A DNA stretch of 64,000 nt from Candidatus Eremiobacteria bacterium (lineage in GTDB: Bacteria; Vulcanimicrobiota; Vulcanimicrobiia; Vulcanimicrobiales; Vulcanimicrobiaceae), in the NCBI GenBank assembly GCA_963737065.1, contig CAVTRC010000001.1:800001-864000 (forward strand), in the 5' to 3' direction. This document shows positions 19,296-28,861 of this stretch, piece after piece. Below the pieces are notes generated by a model. It was not told the DNA's origin. It saw only the letters and a list, made by a program, of their open reading frames with translations, and ran no database searches. Made by a program: the position numbers and the translations under genes. Every line of letters begins with the position of its first letter. The stretch's first letter is position 1.

Positions 19296-19967
19296 GTGAT
19301 CAATCGTTTCGTGAACGCACTTGTTGCTGCGGTTGCGTTTACTTCGTGCGCGGCGATCGCTGCCGACGCAACACTTTCCGCGAAACCGCAAGGCGCCGAA
19401 GTCGCCTTCGTCTCGGCGGTCTCTAAAGACCTTAACGCCCGCTTCGCGACGCCGGCAGACGCCGAGAAAGCCGGCTACTTTCGCTACACCAACGAAGATA
19501 AAACCGGCGCGATCAGCTACGCCAACCTTCAATGGCAGTCAGCCGATCAACAACATCCGAGCCAACTGTGGTACAGCGCAAACGGAAAATTGCTCGGCGC
19601 GGACTATTCGGTACTGCAAAGCAATTCGCCCAATCGGCCATCACTCTGGGGCGTGAACCCGCAGCGCTGGGACACGTTCCACGCGCACGTGCACTACGTG
19701 CTGAGCGGCACTGACGGTAAAGAAACCTACGGCGCCACATCGGTATCGAAGTTCACAGCAGCCGGCGGCGATCCGAAGGACCCGCAGGCCGCGACCCTCG
19801 TGAAGATGGGCGTCGCCAAAGACGCATCCCAAGTCAAACACGTCTTTCTCTTCCCAGCGATCTGGGATCTGGAATTGTGGGTGACTCCCAACCCAACCGG
19901 CGCCTTCGCCGAAGCGAACCCGCTCGTAAAGCCATCAGCAAACGCTGAGACCGGCGACAATATGTAG
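19296..19967 (+). CDS. Hypothetical secreted protein
   Basis: AAGGAGG RBS, signal peptide, HAHVHY and NPTGAFAEANP motifs. Confidence 0.8.
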   Translation: MINRFVNALVAAVAFTSCAAIAADATLSAKPQGAEVAFVSAVSKDLNARFATPADAEKAGYFRYTNEDKTGAISYANLQWQSADQQHPSQLWYSANGKLLGADYSVLQSNSPNRPSLWGVNPQRWDTFHAHVHYVLSGTDGKETYGATSVSKFTAAGGDPKDPQAATLVKMGVAKDASQVKHVFLFPAIWDLELWVTPNPTGAFAEANPLVKPSANAETGDNM

Positions 19968-20025
19968 CGGGGCGTCCGAGATGTGACACTGTCGCTGGGA
20001 TTCGCATGGTGAATACGGAGACACG

Positions 20026-20051
20026 AAAAAACCGCCTCGTGCGGTTTTTTT
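20026..20051. terminator. Bidirectional intrinsic terminator between convergent genes
   Basis: AAAAAACCGC-ctcgt-GCGGTTTTTTT. Confidence 0.85.
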
Positions 20052-20124
20052 GCTCGACTGGCGCTCCGGGTTCGAGCTGTCATGGTTCCAGCGCATCGGA
20101 TCCCGGTCTCGTATGCGCCCACGT

Positions 20125-20811
20125 CTACGGCTTCGCGCAGTTCGCCGTTGCCGCGTCGTAAGCCGTATCGACGGCTTTTTCTTCGTTTTGCGCGATGACG
20201 TCTCGTTGGCCGTCGAAGCGCAGTGACGTTTTGATATCCTTCATGTCTTTCGGAAGCGTCATCTCCGAATACGAGTTGCCGCCGAGCGAGTGGGGAAGAT
20301 TGTCTAGGTCGTATTCCATCATCGTTTGCGCGACGCCGTTGAGGTCGATCGTCATCGCGCGTTGTTTCGCGTAGGCGCGCTGCAGATCGTCGGCGGAATC
20401 CGTGATTGCTTTGGCCGCGGCTTGATCCGTTGTGAGGGATGCGCCTTTGCGCAGTTCGGTAATTTCAGACTCGATTGTCGGGAGCGTTTTCTGAAGGACG
20501 TCGACGTACTTCAACAGCTTGGACCGTGCGTCAACGAAGCGCGCTTGGTAGTCCGGTTTGCCGAACAATTCGTTGATGTCGACGAGCTGCGTGTTTACTT
20601 GATCGAGCGTTCGATCGTTGGCGTACATCGGTACGAATGCGCCGTTGAAGTGACGCGCGAGCGAGTTGCAGTACGGCGAAGACTTCACCGTTATGATCGT
20701 CTTCGGTGGAGCGGCCGGCACCACTGCGCGTGCGGCCGGCGTTGCCGATGGAGACGCGGCCGGCGCTGGAACGACAATGGCAAGCAACAAACAAAGCAGC
20801 ATCTGCGTCAT
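20125..20811 (-). CDS. Hypothetical secreted helical protein
   Basis: Signal peptide, Pro/Ala linker, helical body, Cys residues near both ends. Confidence 0.75.
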   Translation of the reverse strand: MTQMLLCLLLAIVVPAPAASPSATPAARAVVPAAPPKTIITVKSSPYCNSLARHFNGAFVPMYANDRTLDQVNTQLVDINELFGKPDYQARFVDARSKLLKYVDVLQKTLPTIESEITELRKGASLTTDQAAAKAITDSADDLQRAYAKQRAMTIDLNGVAQTMMEYDLDNLPHSLGGNSYSEMTLPKDMKDIKTSLRFDGQRDVIAQNEEKAVDTAYDAATANCAKP

Positions 20812-20871
20812 GTCATTGGCTTGTTATGCCCAAAACAACGCACTATCGCGCTCAGCGTGCCGCCACAATGA

Positions 20872-20975
20872 AAAAACTTTGAGATTTCGTCCCTGGTTAA
20901 GCGCGAGTGGCTGAAGTGGATTAGGATCCACGAAGCGTCTCGCAACGACACCAGGGCCGAAATCTCGAAGTTTTT
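20872..20975. repeat. Long imperfect inverted repeat (rod hairpin) immediately after the rpoD stop codon
   Basis: 26-bp arms at 20872-20897 and 20950-20975 with 2 mismatches; inner stems GCGAG/CTCGC and GTGGAT/ATCCAC. Confidence 0.85.
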
Positions 20976-22149
20976 ATTCGTTGGACCAGTAGTCTTTCAA
21001 CGCTTTGCCGCGTGAGGGATGCCGCAGCTTCCGCAGCGCTTTCGCCTCGATTTGGCGGATACGTTCGCGCGTGACCCCGAACTCTTGGCCAACCTCTTCG
21101 AGCGTGCGCTGGTGGCCGTCTTCGAGGCCGAAGCGCAGGACGAGCACTTTGCGCTCGCGCTCGGTGAGATTCTGCAGCACGTCCTGCATCTTCTCTTTGA
21201 GCAGCATGACGGACGCCGCCTCGGCGGGTGCTACGGCTTCCTGATCCTCGATGAAGTCGCCCAAGTGCGAATCTTCCTCTTCGCCGATCGGCGTCTCGAG
21301 AGAGATCGGCTCTTGCGAAATCTTCATCACTTCGCGCACCTTCTCGGGCGTGAGCGCCATTGCTTCGGCGATCTCTTCGACCGATGGCTCGCGGCCGAGC
21401 TCTTGCAAGAGCTGACGCGAAATTTTGATCAGACGATTGATCGTCTCCACCATGTGCACGGGGATGCGAATCGTTCGCGCCTGATCTGCGAGTGCACGAG
21501 TGATCGCCTGACGGATCCACCACGTTGCGTACGTCGAGAACTTGTAGCCCTTGCGGTAGTCGAATTTTTCGACCGCGCGAATCAAGCCGAGGTTGCCTTC
21601 CTGAATGAGGTCCAAGAAGAGCATGCCGCGGCCGACATACTTCTTCGCGATCGATACGACGAGACGGAGATTTGCTTCCGTCAGTTGACGTTTCGCTTCG
21701 TCGCCGTCGGCGACGATCGCTGAGTCCGCCGTACCGTTCTTGCTGACTTCCAGTTCACCGGCCTCGATCCGCATCGCGAGCGATTTCTCTTGCTCCATCG
21801 AGAGCAGCGGAACGCGGCCGATCTCTTTGAGATACATGCGAACCGGATCGTCGAGCGAAAGCCCGTCGGGAATCGGCTCTTCCTGCTCCTCTTCGTCCGG
21901 TTTCTCTTCTTTTTGCTCGTCGATAATCTCGATGCCGGCGGCGGTGATCTCTTCGAACAGTCCGTCGATCTCGTCGGGATTGACGTCGTCGAGCGCATCA
22001 AAGGCGGAGTTGATTTCTTCGTACGTCAACGAACCACGCTGCTTGCCGCGCGCGATCAGTTTCTTTTTGAGCTCGTCCAGCGTCAGCGTGGGCTGCGCTT
22101 CTGCGACTGCTGCTCCCGACTTCTTGCGTGCCATACTCTTCGACGTCAC
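20974..22149 (-). CDS. rpoD: Primary RNA polymerase sigma factor
   Basis: [60 protein letters not shown]. Confidence 0.98.
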   Translation of the reverse strand: MTSKSMARKKSGAAVAEAQPTLTLDELKKKLIARGKQRGSLTYEEINSAFDALDDVNPDEIDGLFEEITAAGIEIIDEQKEEKPDEEEQEEPIPDGLSLDDPVRMYLKEIGRVPLLSMEQEKSLAMRIEAGELEVSKNGTADSAIVADGDEAKRQLTEANLRLVVSIAKKYVGRGMLFLDLIQEGNLGLIRAVEKFDYRKGYKFSTYATWWIRQAITRALADQARTIRIPVHMVETINRLIKISRQLLQELGREPSVEEIAEAMALTPEKVREVMKISQEPISLETPIGEEEDSHLGDFIEDQEAVAPAEAASVMLLKEKMQDVLQNLTERERKVLVLRFGLEDGHQRTLEEVGQEFGVTRERIRQIEAKALRKLRHPSRGKALKDYWSNE

Positions 22150-22322
22150 CCCCTTTCCCGTAAAAATCTCGAAGCACGTCGCGCTTCGCTCTGGTGCTCC
22201 GTTCGACTTTTCCCATTTCGCGGGAAAACCGCTCTGCGCACCCCCACGCGGACTTCGCGGCGTGGGACCTCATTGGATTCGCGATCGTTTGACCGCTCTA
22301 CATTAGACTCGTTAATTTGCGT

Positions 22323-24149
22323 TTACTTCTTTAACTTAAGTTTCACCGCCTCGAACTCGTCCATGAGCTCGCGCGGAACGGGTTTGCCTGTTTCAAACAG
22401 TTCGTCGAGGGTGCGGGACAGGTACGCATACCGGTCTTGTTCCTCATCCCTCTTCAATCGCTCGATGATACGCTCGAGATGCGCTCGGCGTTCATCCCGA
22501 TCGCCGCCGTATCGCAGGGCCTTGCTGCGATCCGCCTGTCCCAACGACGCGAGCAACTCCACTGCATCGCCGTCGTCCGCGAACGCAGCAAATACATCGG
22601 CCGTGTCACGCAACGGAGTCGCCTGGTGCACGATGGCCTCGAATGTACGGCGGTAGAGTTCGTTGCGAAATCGCTCGGTCGGAATACGATTGGCGTACTC
22701 TAGCGCAAGCGGCGGATCTTGGAGAATGATGCTAAGGACCTCGCGCTCGAAGGAGAGCGGCTCGAGCCGTCCGCTGCCCGCGGTACGTTGGTGAACCGCA
22801 GCGTGGCGGCTGCCGATCGCCGCGCCCGGCCCCGACGCGCGAGGCGCGAAGTTGGCACTGTTCGCGAGGAACCGGCTATTCCGAAGGTCGTCCACGTTCA
22901 CCTTCAACCGCCCCGCAACGTATACGCGCCAACGGTCCCATTCCTCACGGGGCGTCAATTCGCGAATGAGACCCTCGGCGTTCCTCGCAATCGTCGCCGG
23001 AGATTCAAACCCGCTGGTGAGGCGATCGATTTGAGGGTCGAGTTTAAATTCTATCGATGGCTTGGCTGTCTGGAGAACGGCACGGAAACCAGCCTCACCA
23101 TGCGAGCGAAGGTAGCTGTCGGGATCTTCGCCGTGCGGCAACATCACGACGCGCACGGCGGAGCCCGTGTGCTCTATCACTCTAGATGCAATATCGACTG
23201 CTTTGGTTGCAGCGGAGCTGCCTGCTGCGTCGGCATCAAAGCAGAGGAATACATGGTCCGCATACTTGCGCAATTCCACGGCCTGCTTTTCCGTAAACGA
23301 CGTCCCGAGCGCGGCAACCGCGTTTTCAAATCCGGCCTGGTGAAGCGCGATGCAGTCGAGGTAACCCTCGACCACAATCAGCGTGCGTTCCGTCTGCGCG
23401 GCACGACGCGCAACGTTGAGCGCGAACAGATGCTCGCCCTTTGTGTAGACCGGCGTCGTACTCGTGTTGAGATATTTCGGCTCTTCCGTTCCGAGTGCGC
23501 GCCCGCCGAACGCGATCACCTCCCCGGTCGTGGCATAGGTCGGAATCATCAATCGATCGCGATAGAAATCGTAATATCCGCGTTGACCCTGCTTCACCAG
23601 GCCGGCTTTCGCCGCGGTTTCCATGGCGACGTCGTGGCTGCGCAGCTCATCGGTCAGTCCACTCCAATTATCCGGGGCATACCCAATTGCAAATTTTTCG
23701 ATCGTCGCGTCGCGAAAGCCGCGCCGTTCGCAATACTCGCGTGCCGGCGCACCGCCGGCGCTCTTCAACATCCGCACGAAAAAGGCGACGGCGATTTTAT
23801 TGGCTTCGTAGATCGCTTCGCGCTCGTTGCGCGCGCGCGTCGCGCGCGGATCCTCGGCTTCCACTTCGATTCCGGCTTTGCCGGCAAGCAGACGAACCGC
23901 GTCGGGAAACGGCAGATTCTCGAGTTTCTGCACGAACGCGATGATGTCGCCGGCGGCTCCGCAGCCGAAGCACTTGAAGTACCCGTCTTCGGCGTGCACG
24001 TGGAACGACGGCGTCTTCTCGCCGTGAAAGGGGCACAGTCCAACGAGATCGCGTCCGCGCTTCTTAAGCGCAACGTACTGGCCGATGAAAGTTGCGATAT
24101 CAATTCGCGAGTGAACCTCACGAATGACGCCTTGATCGAAACGCGGCAT
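22323..24149 (-). CDS. dnaG: DNA primase
   Basis: CPFHGEKTPSF...CFGC zinc finger, KYLNT, VEGYLD, FDADAAG (TOPRIM). Confidence 0.98.
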   Translation of the reverse strand: MPRFDQGVIREVHSRIDIATFIGQYVALKKRGRDLVGLCPFHGEKTPSFHVHAEDGYFKCFGCGAAGDIIAFVQKLENLPFPDAVRLLAGKAGIEVEAEDPRATRARNEREAIYEANKIAVAFFVRMLKSAGGAPAREYCERRGFRDATIEKFAIGYAPDNWSGLTDELRSHDVAMETAAKAGLVKQGQRGYYDFYRDRLMIPTYATTGEVIAFGGRALGTEEPKYLNTSTTPVYTKGEHLFALNVARRAAQTERTLIVVEGYLDCIALHQAGFENAVAALGTSFTEKQAVELRKYADHVFLCFDADAAGSSAATKAVDIASRVIEHTGSAVRVVMLPHGEDPDSYLRSHGEAGFRAVLQTAKPSIEFKLDPQIDRLTSGFESPATIARNAEGLIRELTPREEWDRWRVYVAGRLKVNVDDLRNSRFLANSANFAPRASGPGAAIGSRHAAVHQRTAGSGRLEPLSFEREVLSIILQDPPLALEYANRIPTERFRNELYRRTFEAIVHQATPLRDTADVFAAFADDGDAVELLASLGQADRSKALRYGGDRDERRAHLERIIERLKRDEEQDRYAYLSRTLDELFETGKPVPRELMDEFEAVKLKLKK

Positions 24150-24219
24150 GGTTGTTTAGTGAAGTGTTCGCGCCAGGCTCGGGAATCCCGGCGCCGAATC
24201 GCTCCTATAGGCTCCGACG

Positions 24220-25434
24220 TTGAAGCGAATATTCGATCCGATTCATCACTTCATCGAGCTTGATCCCGCCGAGGCGCGATTGCTCGACCTGCCCGCGATG
24301 CAGCGTCTGCGGCGCTTGCGACAACTGGGGCTCGCATATTTTGCTTTTCCCTCAGCAGAGCATTCGCGCTTCACGCACGCGCTCGGCGCCCTGGCGATGG
24401 GAACGCGTGCGTTCGATGAACTCGCTCGGCATGGCGCGCAATTCTTTACAAATGATAGGGAGCGAGCGTATCAGCGACGGCTTGTGCGCGGCGCGCTGCT
24501 GCTTCATGACATCGGCCATGGGCCGTTCAGCCACGCGTGCGAGTCGGTCCTCGGTATCGTGCACGAGTCGCGCACGCGCGAATTGTTGGAACTGCCGGAG
24601 ACGAGACGGCGCATCGAGGCGCTCGAAGTGGACCCGGCGGATGTGCTCGCGCTGATCGTCGGCGATCGCAGTTCCCGTTATCCCGCGCTCTGCGAACTGG
24701 TGAGCGGCCCGAATCTCGACGCCGACCGCATGGATTACTTGCAGCGCGACGCCTATTTCACGGGCGTCGCAAGCGGACGGTACGACGCCGACCAGCTGGT
24801 ATCGTCGCTGCGACTATTTGATCGCGGCGGACAGTTAGTGGTGGGTATCGATCATCGCGGCGTCGTCGCCCTCGAATCGTTCGTCGTCGCGCGGTACATG
24901 ATGTTCGCGTCCGTCTATTTTCACCACACGACGCGAATGTTCGAACGGATTCTGCAAGACGTGCTGCGCGAGCTGTGGCCGAATCCCCGCGCGCTCGATC
25001 CGATCGACGAGTTCTTGCGATGGGATGATTTCCGTGTTTTGAACGAATTGCCGGATCGCGCGAGCGAACCGGCGCGAGCGCTAAGGGAGCGGATTCGCCT
25101 CTACGCGCTGGCGGCGGAATTCAATTCCGAGGCGGATCTTCGCGCGTACGAACAATGCGAAGCGGCATTGCGTGCGCGCTATGGCGATGCGGCAGTCTGG
25201 GCCGATGAGCAGTCGCAGGTGCTGCATCGCTTGCCGCTCGGCGCCGACGAGCGTCGCCGAACAGTTTGGGTTGAAACGGGCGCCGGACTCATCGACGCGC
25301 GCGATGCATCCGACTTGATCGCGAAGCTGAGCGGAAAAGCGTACTGGCGAAAACTGTTCGTCCGTCGCGACAGTGCCGACGTGCGCGAAGCACGCCGGCT
25401 GTGCGCAAAGATTATGGGCAACCTCACCGTCTGA
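24220..25434 (+). CDS. HD-domain phosphohydrolase (SAMHD1/YdhJ-like dNTPase family)
   Basis: QRLRRLRQLG, HSRFTHALG, LLHDIGHGPFSH, DADRMDYLQRD. Confidence 0.9.
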   Translation: MKRIFDPIHHFIELDPAEARLLDLPAMQRLRRLRQLGLAYFAFPSAEHSRFTHALGALAMGTRAFDELARHGAQFFTNDRERAYQRRLVRGALLLHDIGHGPFSHACESVLGIVHESRTRELLELPETRRRIEALEVDPADVLALIVGDRSSRYPALCELVSGPNLDADRMDYLQRDAYFTGVASGRYDADQLVSSLRLFDRGGQLVVGIDHRGVVALESFVVARYMMFASVYFHHTTRMFERILQDVLRELWPNPRALDPIDEFLRWDDFRVLNELPDRASEPARALRERIRLYALAAEFNSEADLRAYEQCEAALRARYGDAAVWADEQSQVLHRLPLGADERRRTVWVETGAGLIDARDASDLIAKLSGKAYWRKLFVRRDSADVREARRLCAKIMGNLTV

Positions 25435-25436
25435 AG

Positions 25437-25946
25437 TTAGTAGCCGTGTGACGTCGCATACCGCTCGGCATCGGCGAGCTGGCTTCGAGCGGCTTGCATG
25501 GCGTTGATCGCGGCGATGCGATGGCCATCGTAGTCGTGCTGGTCGCGTTGGAGTTGGTCGATCATCTTTTCGACCCAGTTGCTTACGTACCACACATCGC
25601 GATTGCTGCCACCCTGTCCGCGCACTCCCCAATTCGCGTCACTTCCGCCGGCGGGGCCATATGCTCGCATGCAGGCGCGACTCTCGTCGTCGTTGTTCGC
25701 GGCCCACTGCTCGGCCGCAACGAGTTGTGCGCGCGCATTCTGTAGATCGCCGATCGCTTCCACTCGATGGCCGCCGTAATCGCGTTGATCGTGTTGTAAT
25801 TGATCGATCGCCCCATCCAGCCGACGGTGCACGTGGGCGAGACTCCCGTTGCTCGCGCAATCCGTTCGCGCATCGGCGGGAAGCCCGATGACGAGACCGG
25901 CGAAGAGTGCGAGCAAACTGATGCTGAGACGAAGATATGGTTTCAT
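25437..25946 (-). CDS. Hypothetical secreted protein with duplicated DY(G/D)GHR helical module
   Basis: AAGGAGG RBS, signal peptide, two copies of IDQLQxDQxDYxGHRxxAI. Confidence 0.8.
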   Translation of the reverse strand: MKPYLRLSISLLALFAGLVIGLPADARTDCASNGSLAHVHRRLDGAIDQLQHDQRDYGGHRVEAIGDLQNARAQLVAAEQWAANNDDESRACMRAYGPAGGSDANWGVRGQGGSNRDVWYVSNWVEKMIDQLQRDQHDYDGHRIAAINAMQAARSQLADAERYATSHGY

Positions 25947-26100
25947 TATTGCGTTGCCTCCTTGTCACATCGTGTGCAATCAACAACGCACGGCATTGAA
26001 CGCGCCGTTCCATAACCTTGCCGCACGGCCGAAAGTCTCATCGGCCTCTAACGGTTTTAAACCGACGATTGCGCGCGGTGGCGACGCAGGACGTGTTGCG

Positions 26101-28791
26101 TTATGTCAGTGTGCCAAGCGTCGCTTGTGCGGCGGCGAGGCGCGCGATCGGGACCCTATATGGCGAACACGAAACGTAATCGAGCTGAATCTGATCGCAA
26201 AACGCGACGCTGGTCGGCTCGCCGCCGTGCTCGCCGCAAATACCGATCTTCATTCCGGCGCGGACCGCGCGTCCTTTTTCTACCGCCTCGCGCATGAGTG
26301 AACCGACGCCACGCCGGTCGAGTACCTGGAACGGATCGTCCTTGAGGATTTTCTTGTCAAGATACACCGGAATAAACGTCGCTTCCGCATCGTCGCGGCT
26401 GTAACCGTACGTCGTTTGCGTCAAGTCGTTCGTCCCGAACGAGAAGAATTCGGCGATCGAGGCGAGTTCGTCGGCAACGATGCACGCACGTGGCAGTTCT
26501 ACCATCGTTCCGATGCGATACTCCAGCGTGATGTCGTTTGCGGCCAGAACGTCATCGGCGACCGCTTTCGCGGCATCGTACGTCGCGCGCATTTCTTCCT
26601 TCGTGCCGACACCGGGAATCATCACTTCCGGCCGCGCGTCGACGCCGAGCTTCTTCAAGGCGCACGCAGCTTCGAAGATCGCGCGAACCTGCATCGCGTA
26701 GATTTCCGGATAGACGATGCCGAGGCGACAGACGCGCAATCCGAGCATCGGGTTCTGTTCGTGCAGCTGTTGCACGCGCTTGAGCATCGCGTCCTTCGCC
26801 TTGTAATCGGGCGAGCCGGCGCCTTCGCGAATCCGCAATTCCGTCGTTTGCACTAATAACTGTTCCAGCGACGGCAAGAATTCGTGCAGCGGCGGATCCA
26901 GCAACCGGATGGTCACGGGATAGCCGGCCATCGTCTCCAGAATGCCGATGAAGTCCGCGCGTTGAAACGGTAAGAGTTTCTCGAGCGCTTGCGCGCGTGC
27001 TTCAGGCGTGTTTGCGAGAATCATCTGCTGCACGATCGGCAAGCGGTCTTGCTGCATGAACATGTGCTCGGTGCGGCAGAGCCCGATGCCTTGCGCACCG
27101 AGTTCTCGTGCTTTGCGCGCGTCCTCGGGCGTATCGGCATTCGCCCACACTTCCATGCGCCGCGTCTCATCCGCCCACGAGAGGAACGTCGAGAGCCAGA
27201 GGGGCAGGGTCGTCGGCGCGTCGATCAACTGCAACTCTCCAACGATCACCCGTCCGGTCGTGCCGTCGATCGTAAGCCAATCGCCTTCTTTGAGCGTGAA
27301 GCCGTCGATCTTCGCGGTTTTGTTCCGGCGGTCAATTTCGACTGCTTCACACCCCGCGACGCACGGCTTTCCCATGCCGCGTGCCACGACGGCGGCGTGC
27401 GAAGTCGCGCCACCCTTCGCCGTTAACACGCCTTGCGCCGCAATCATGCCGTGCACGTCGTCCGGCGTCGTTTCCACGCGCACGAGGATCGTATGGAGAC
27501 CGCGCTCTTTCCAAGCGACGGCGTCGTCCGCGGTGAACACGATCTGCCCCGTTGCCGCACCCGGCGATGCGTTGAGCCCTTTGCAAGCAACGTCGAAGTG
27601 CTGGTTTGGATCGATACGCGCGTGAAAGAGTTGATCGAGCGCCTTCGCATCGACGCGCCCAACGGCCGTCTTTGTATCGATCAACCCCTCGTTCACCATG
27701 TCGAGTGCGATCCGCACCGCTGCTTCAGCGGTACGTTTACCGGTGCGGTTCTGCAGCATGTAAAGCTTCCCGCGCTCGACGGTAAACTCGAGGTCCTGCA
27801 TCTCTTTGTAATGCGCTTCAAGACGTTGCGCGATCTCTTGGAACTGCGCGTAGATCGCCGGTTGCGTGCGTTCCAAATCCGCGATCTTTTCCGGCGTGCG
27901 GATGCCGGCGACGACATCCTCTCCCTGCGCGTTCGTCAGGTATTCACCGAAGAGCAGCTTTTCGCCGGTGTTCGGATCGCGTGTAAACGCGACGCCCGTG
28001 CCCGAGTCGTCGCCCATGTTTCCGAACACCATTTGCACGATGCTGACCGCGGTGCCCCAGTCGTCCGGAATCTTATTGAAGCGCCGATAGTCGATGGCAC
28101 GCTTTGAATTCCACGAATCGAAGACGGCCTCAATCGCAAGATGCAGCTGCTCTTCGACGTTTTGCGGGAACTCACGACCCGAACGTTCGCGAACGACGTC
28201 TTTGAATTGTGCCACAAGCGCTTTCCACGATTGCGCGTCGATATCGGGATCGTTCGCAACACCGAGCTCATGTTTGCGAGCGTCGATCAATTCGTCGAAT
28301 GCGTCTTTCTCGATCGCGAGCACGACGGTCGCGAACATCATGATGAAGCGCCGGTAGGCATCATACGCGAACCGTTCGTTACCTGTACGGGCCGTAAGCC
28401 CGGCGACGGTCGCGTCGTTGAGCCCGAGATTGAGAATCGTATCCATCATTCCGGGCATCGAGACGCGCGCGCCACTTCGCACCGAGACGAGCAGCGGATC
28501 GGCCGGGTCGCCGAACTTTTTTCCCGTCCGTTGTTCGAGCTCACGCATCGCGCGCTGAACCTGCTCGTCGAGACCCGCCGGAAAGTGCTTGTTTTTGCGA
28601 TAGAACGCGAGGCACGCGTCGGTGGTGATCGTGAAGCCTTGCGGGACCGGCAGTTTAGCTCGAGTCATCTCCGCTAAGCCGGCCCCTTTACCGCCGAGGA
28701 GGTTTTTCATCGAGCCGTCGCCCTCGTCGAAAAAGTACACGTATTTCGGCGTCACGGACAATGCCTCAACCGGTCGCTCTGCAAGCTCCAT
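26101..28791 (-). CDS. ppdK: Pyruvate, phosphate dikinase
   Basis: LGGKGAGLAEM, VRSGARVSMPGMMDT, GGATSHAAVVARG, ICGEHGG; start placed at ATG 28791 with GGAGG RBS. Confidence 0.98.
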   Translation of the reverse strand: MELAERPVEALSVTPKYVYFFDEGDGSMKNLLGGKGAGLAEMTRAKLPVPQGFTITTDACLAFYRKNKHFPAGLDEQVQRAMRELEQRTGKKFGDPADPLLVSVRSGARVSMPGMMDTILNLGLNDATVAGLTARTGNERFAYDAYRRFIMMFATVVLAIEKDAFDELIDARKHELGVANDPDIDAQSWKALVAQFKDVVRERSGREFPQNVEEQLHLAIEAVFDSWNSKRAIDYRRFNKIPDDWGTAVSIVQMVFGNMGDDSGTGVAFTRDPNTGEKLLFGEYLTNAQGEDVVAGIRTPEKIADLERTQPAIYAQFQEIAQRLEAHYKEMQDLEFTVERGKLYMLQNRTGKRTAEAAVRIALDMVNEGLIDTKTAVGRVDAKALDQLFHARIDPNQHFDVACKGLNASPGAATGQIVFTADDAVAWKERGLHTILVRVETTPDDVHGMIAAQGVLTAKGGATSHAAVVARGMGKPCVAGCEAVEIDRRNKTAKIDGFTLKEGDWLTIDGTTGRVIVGELQLIDAPTTLPLWLSTFLSWADETRRMEVWANADTPEDARKARELGAQGIGLCRTEHMFMQQDRLPIVQQMILANTPEARAQALEKLLPFQRADFIGILETMAGYPVTIRLLDPPLHEFLPSLEQLLVQTTELRIREGAGSPDYKAKDAMLKRVQQLHEQNPMLGLRVCRLGIVYPEIYAMQVRAIFEAACALKKLGVDARPEVMIPGVGTKEEMRATYDAAKAVADDVLAANDITLEYRIGTMVELPRACIVADELASIAEFFSFGTNDLTQTTYGYSRDDAEATFIPVYLDKKILKDDPFQVLDRRGVGSLMREAVEKGRAVRAGMKIGICGEHGGEPTSVAFCDQIQLDYVSCSPYRVPIARLAAAQATLGTLT

Positions 28792-28861
28792 ACATGCCCT
28801 CCGGGTGATCGTGCAACAACTATCCCCAACGGCGACCGATTCCTCACCTGGCTGCTCGACG

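Noticed and set aside
20872..20975. SRP RNA or 6S RNA
   Set aside because: Lacks the SRP helix-8 GGAA tetraloop/AGCAG motif and is too short for 6S
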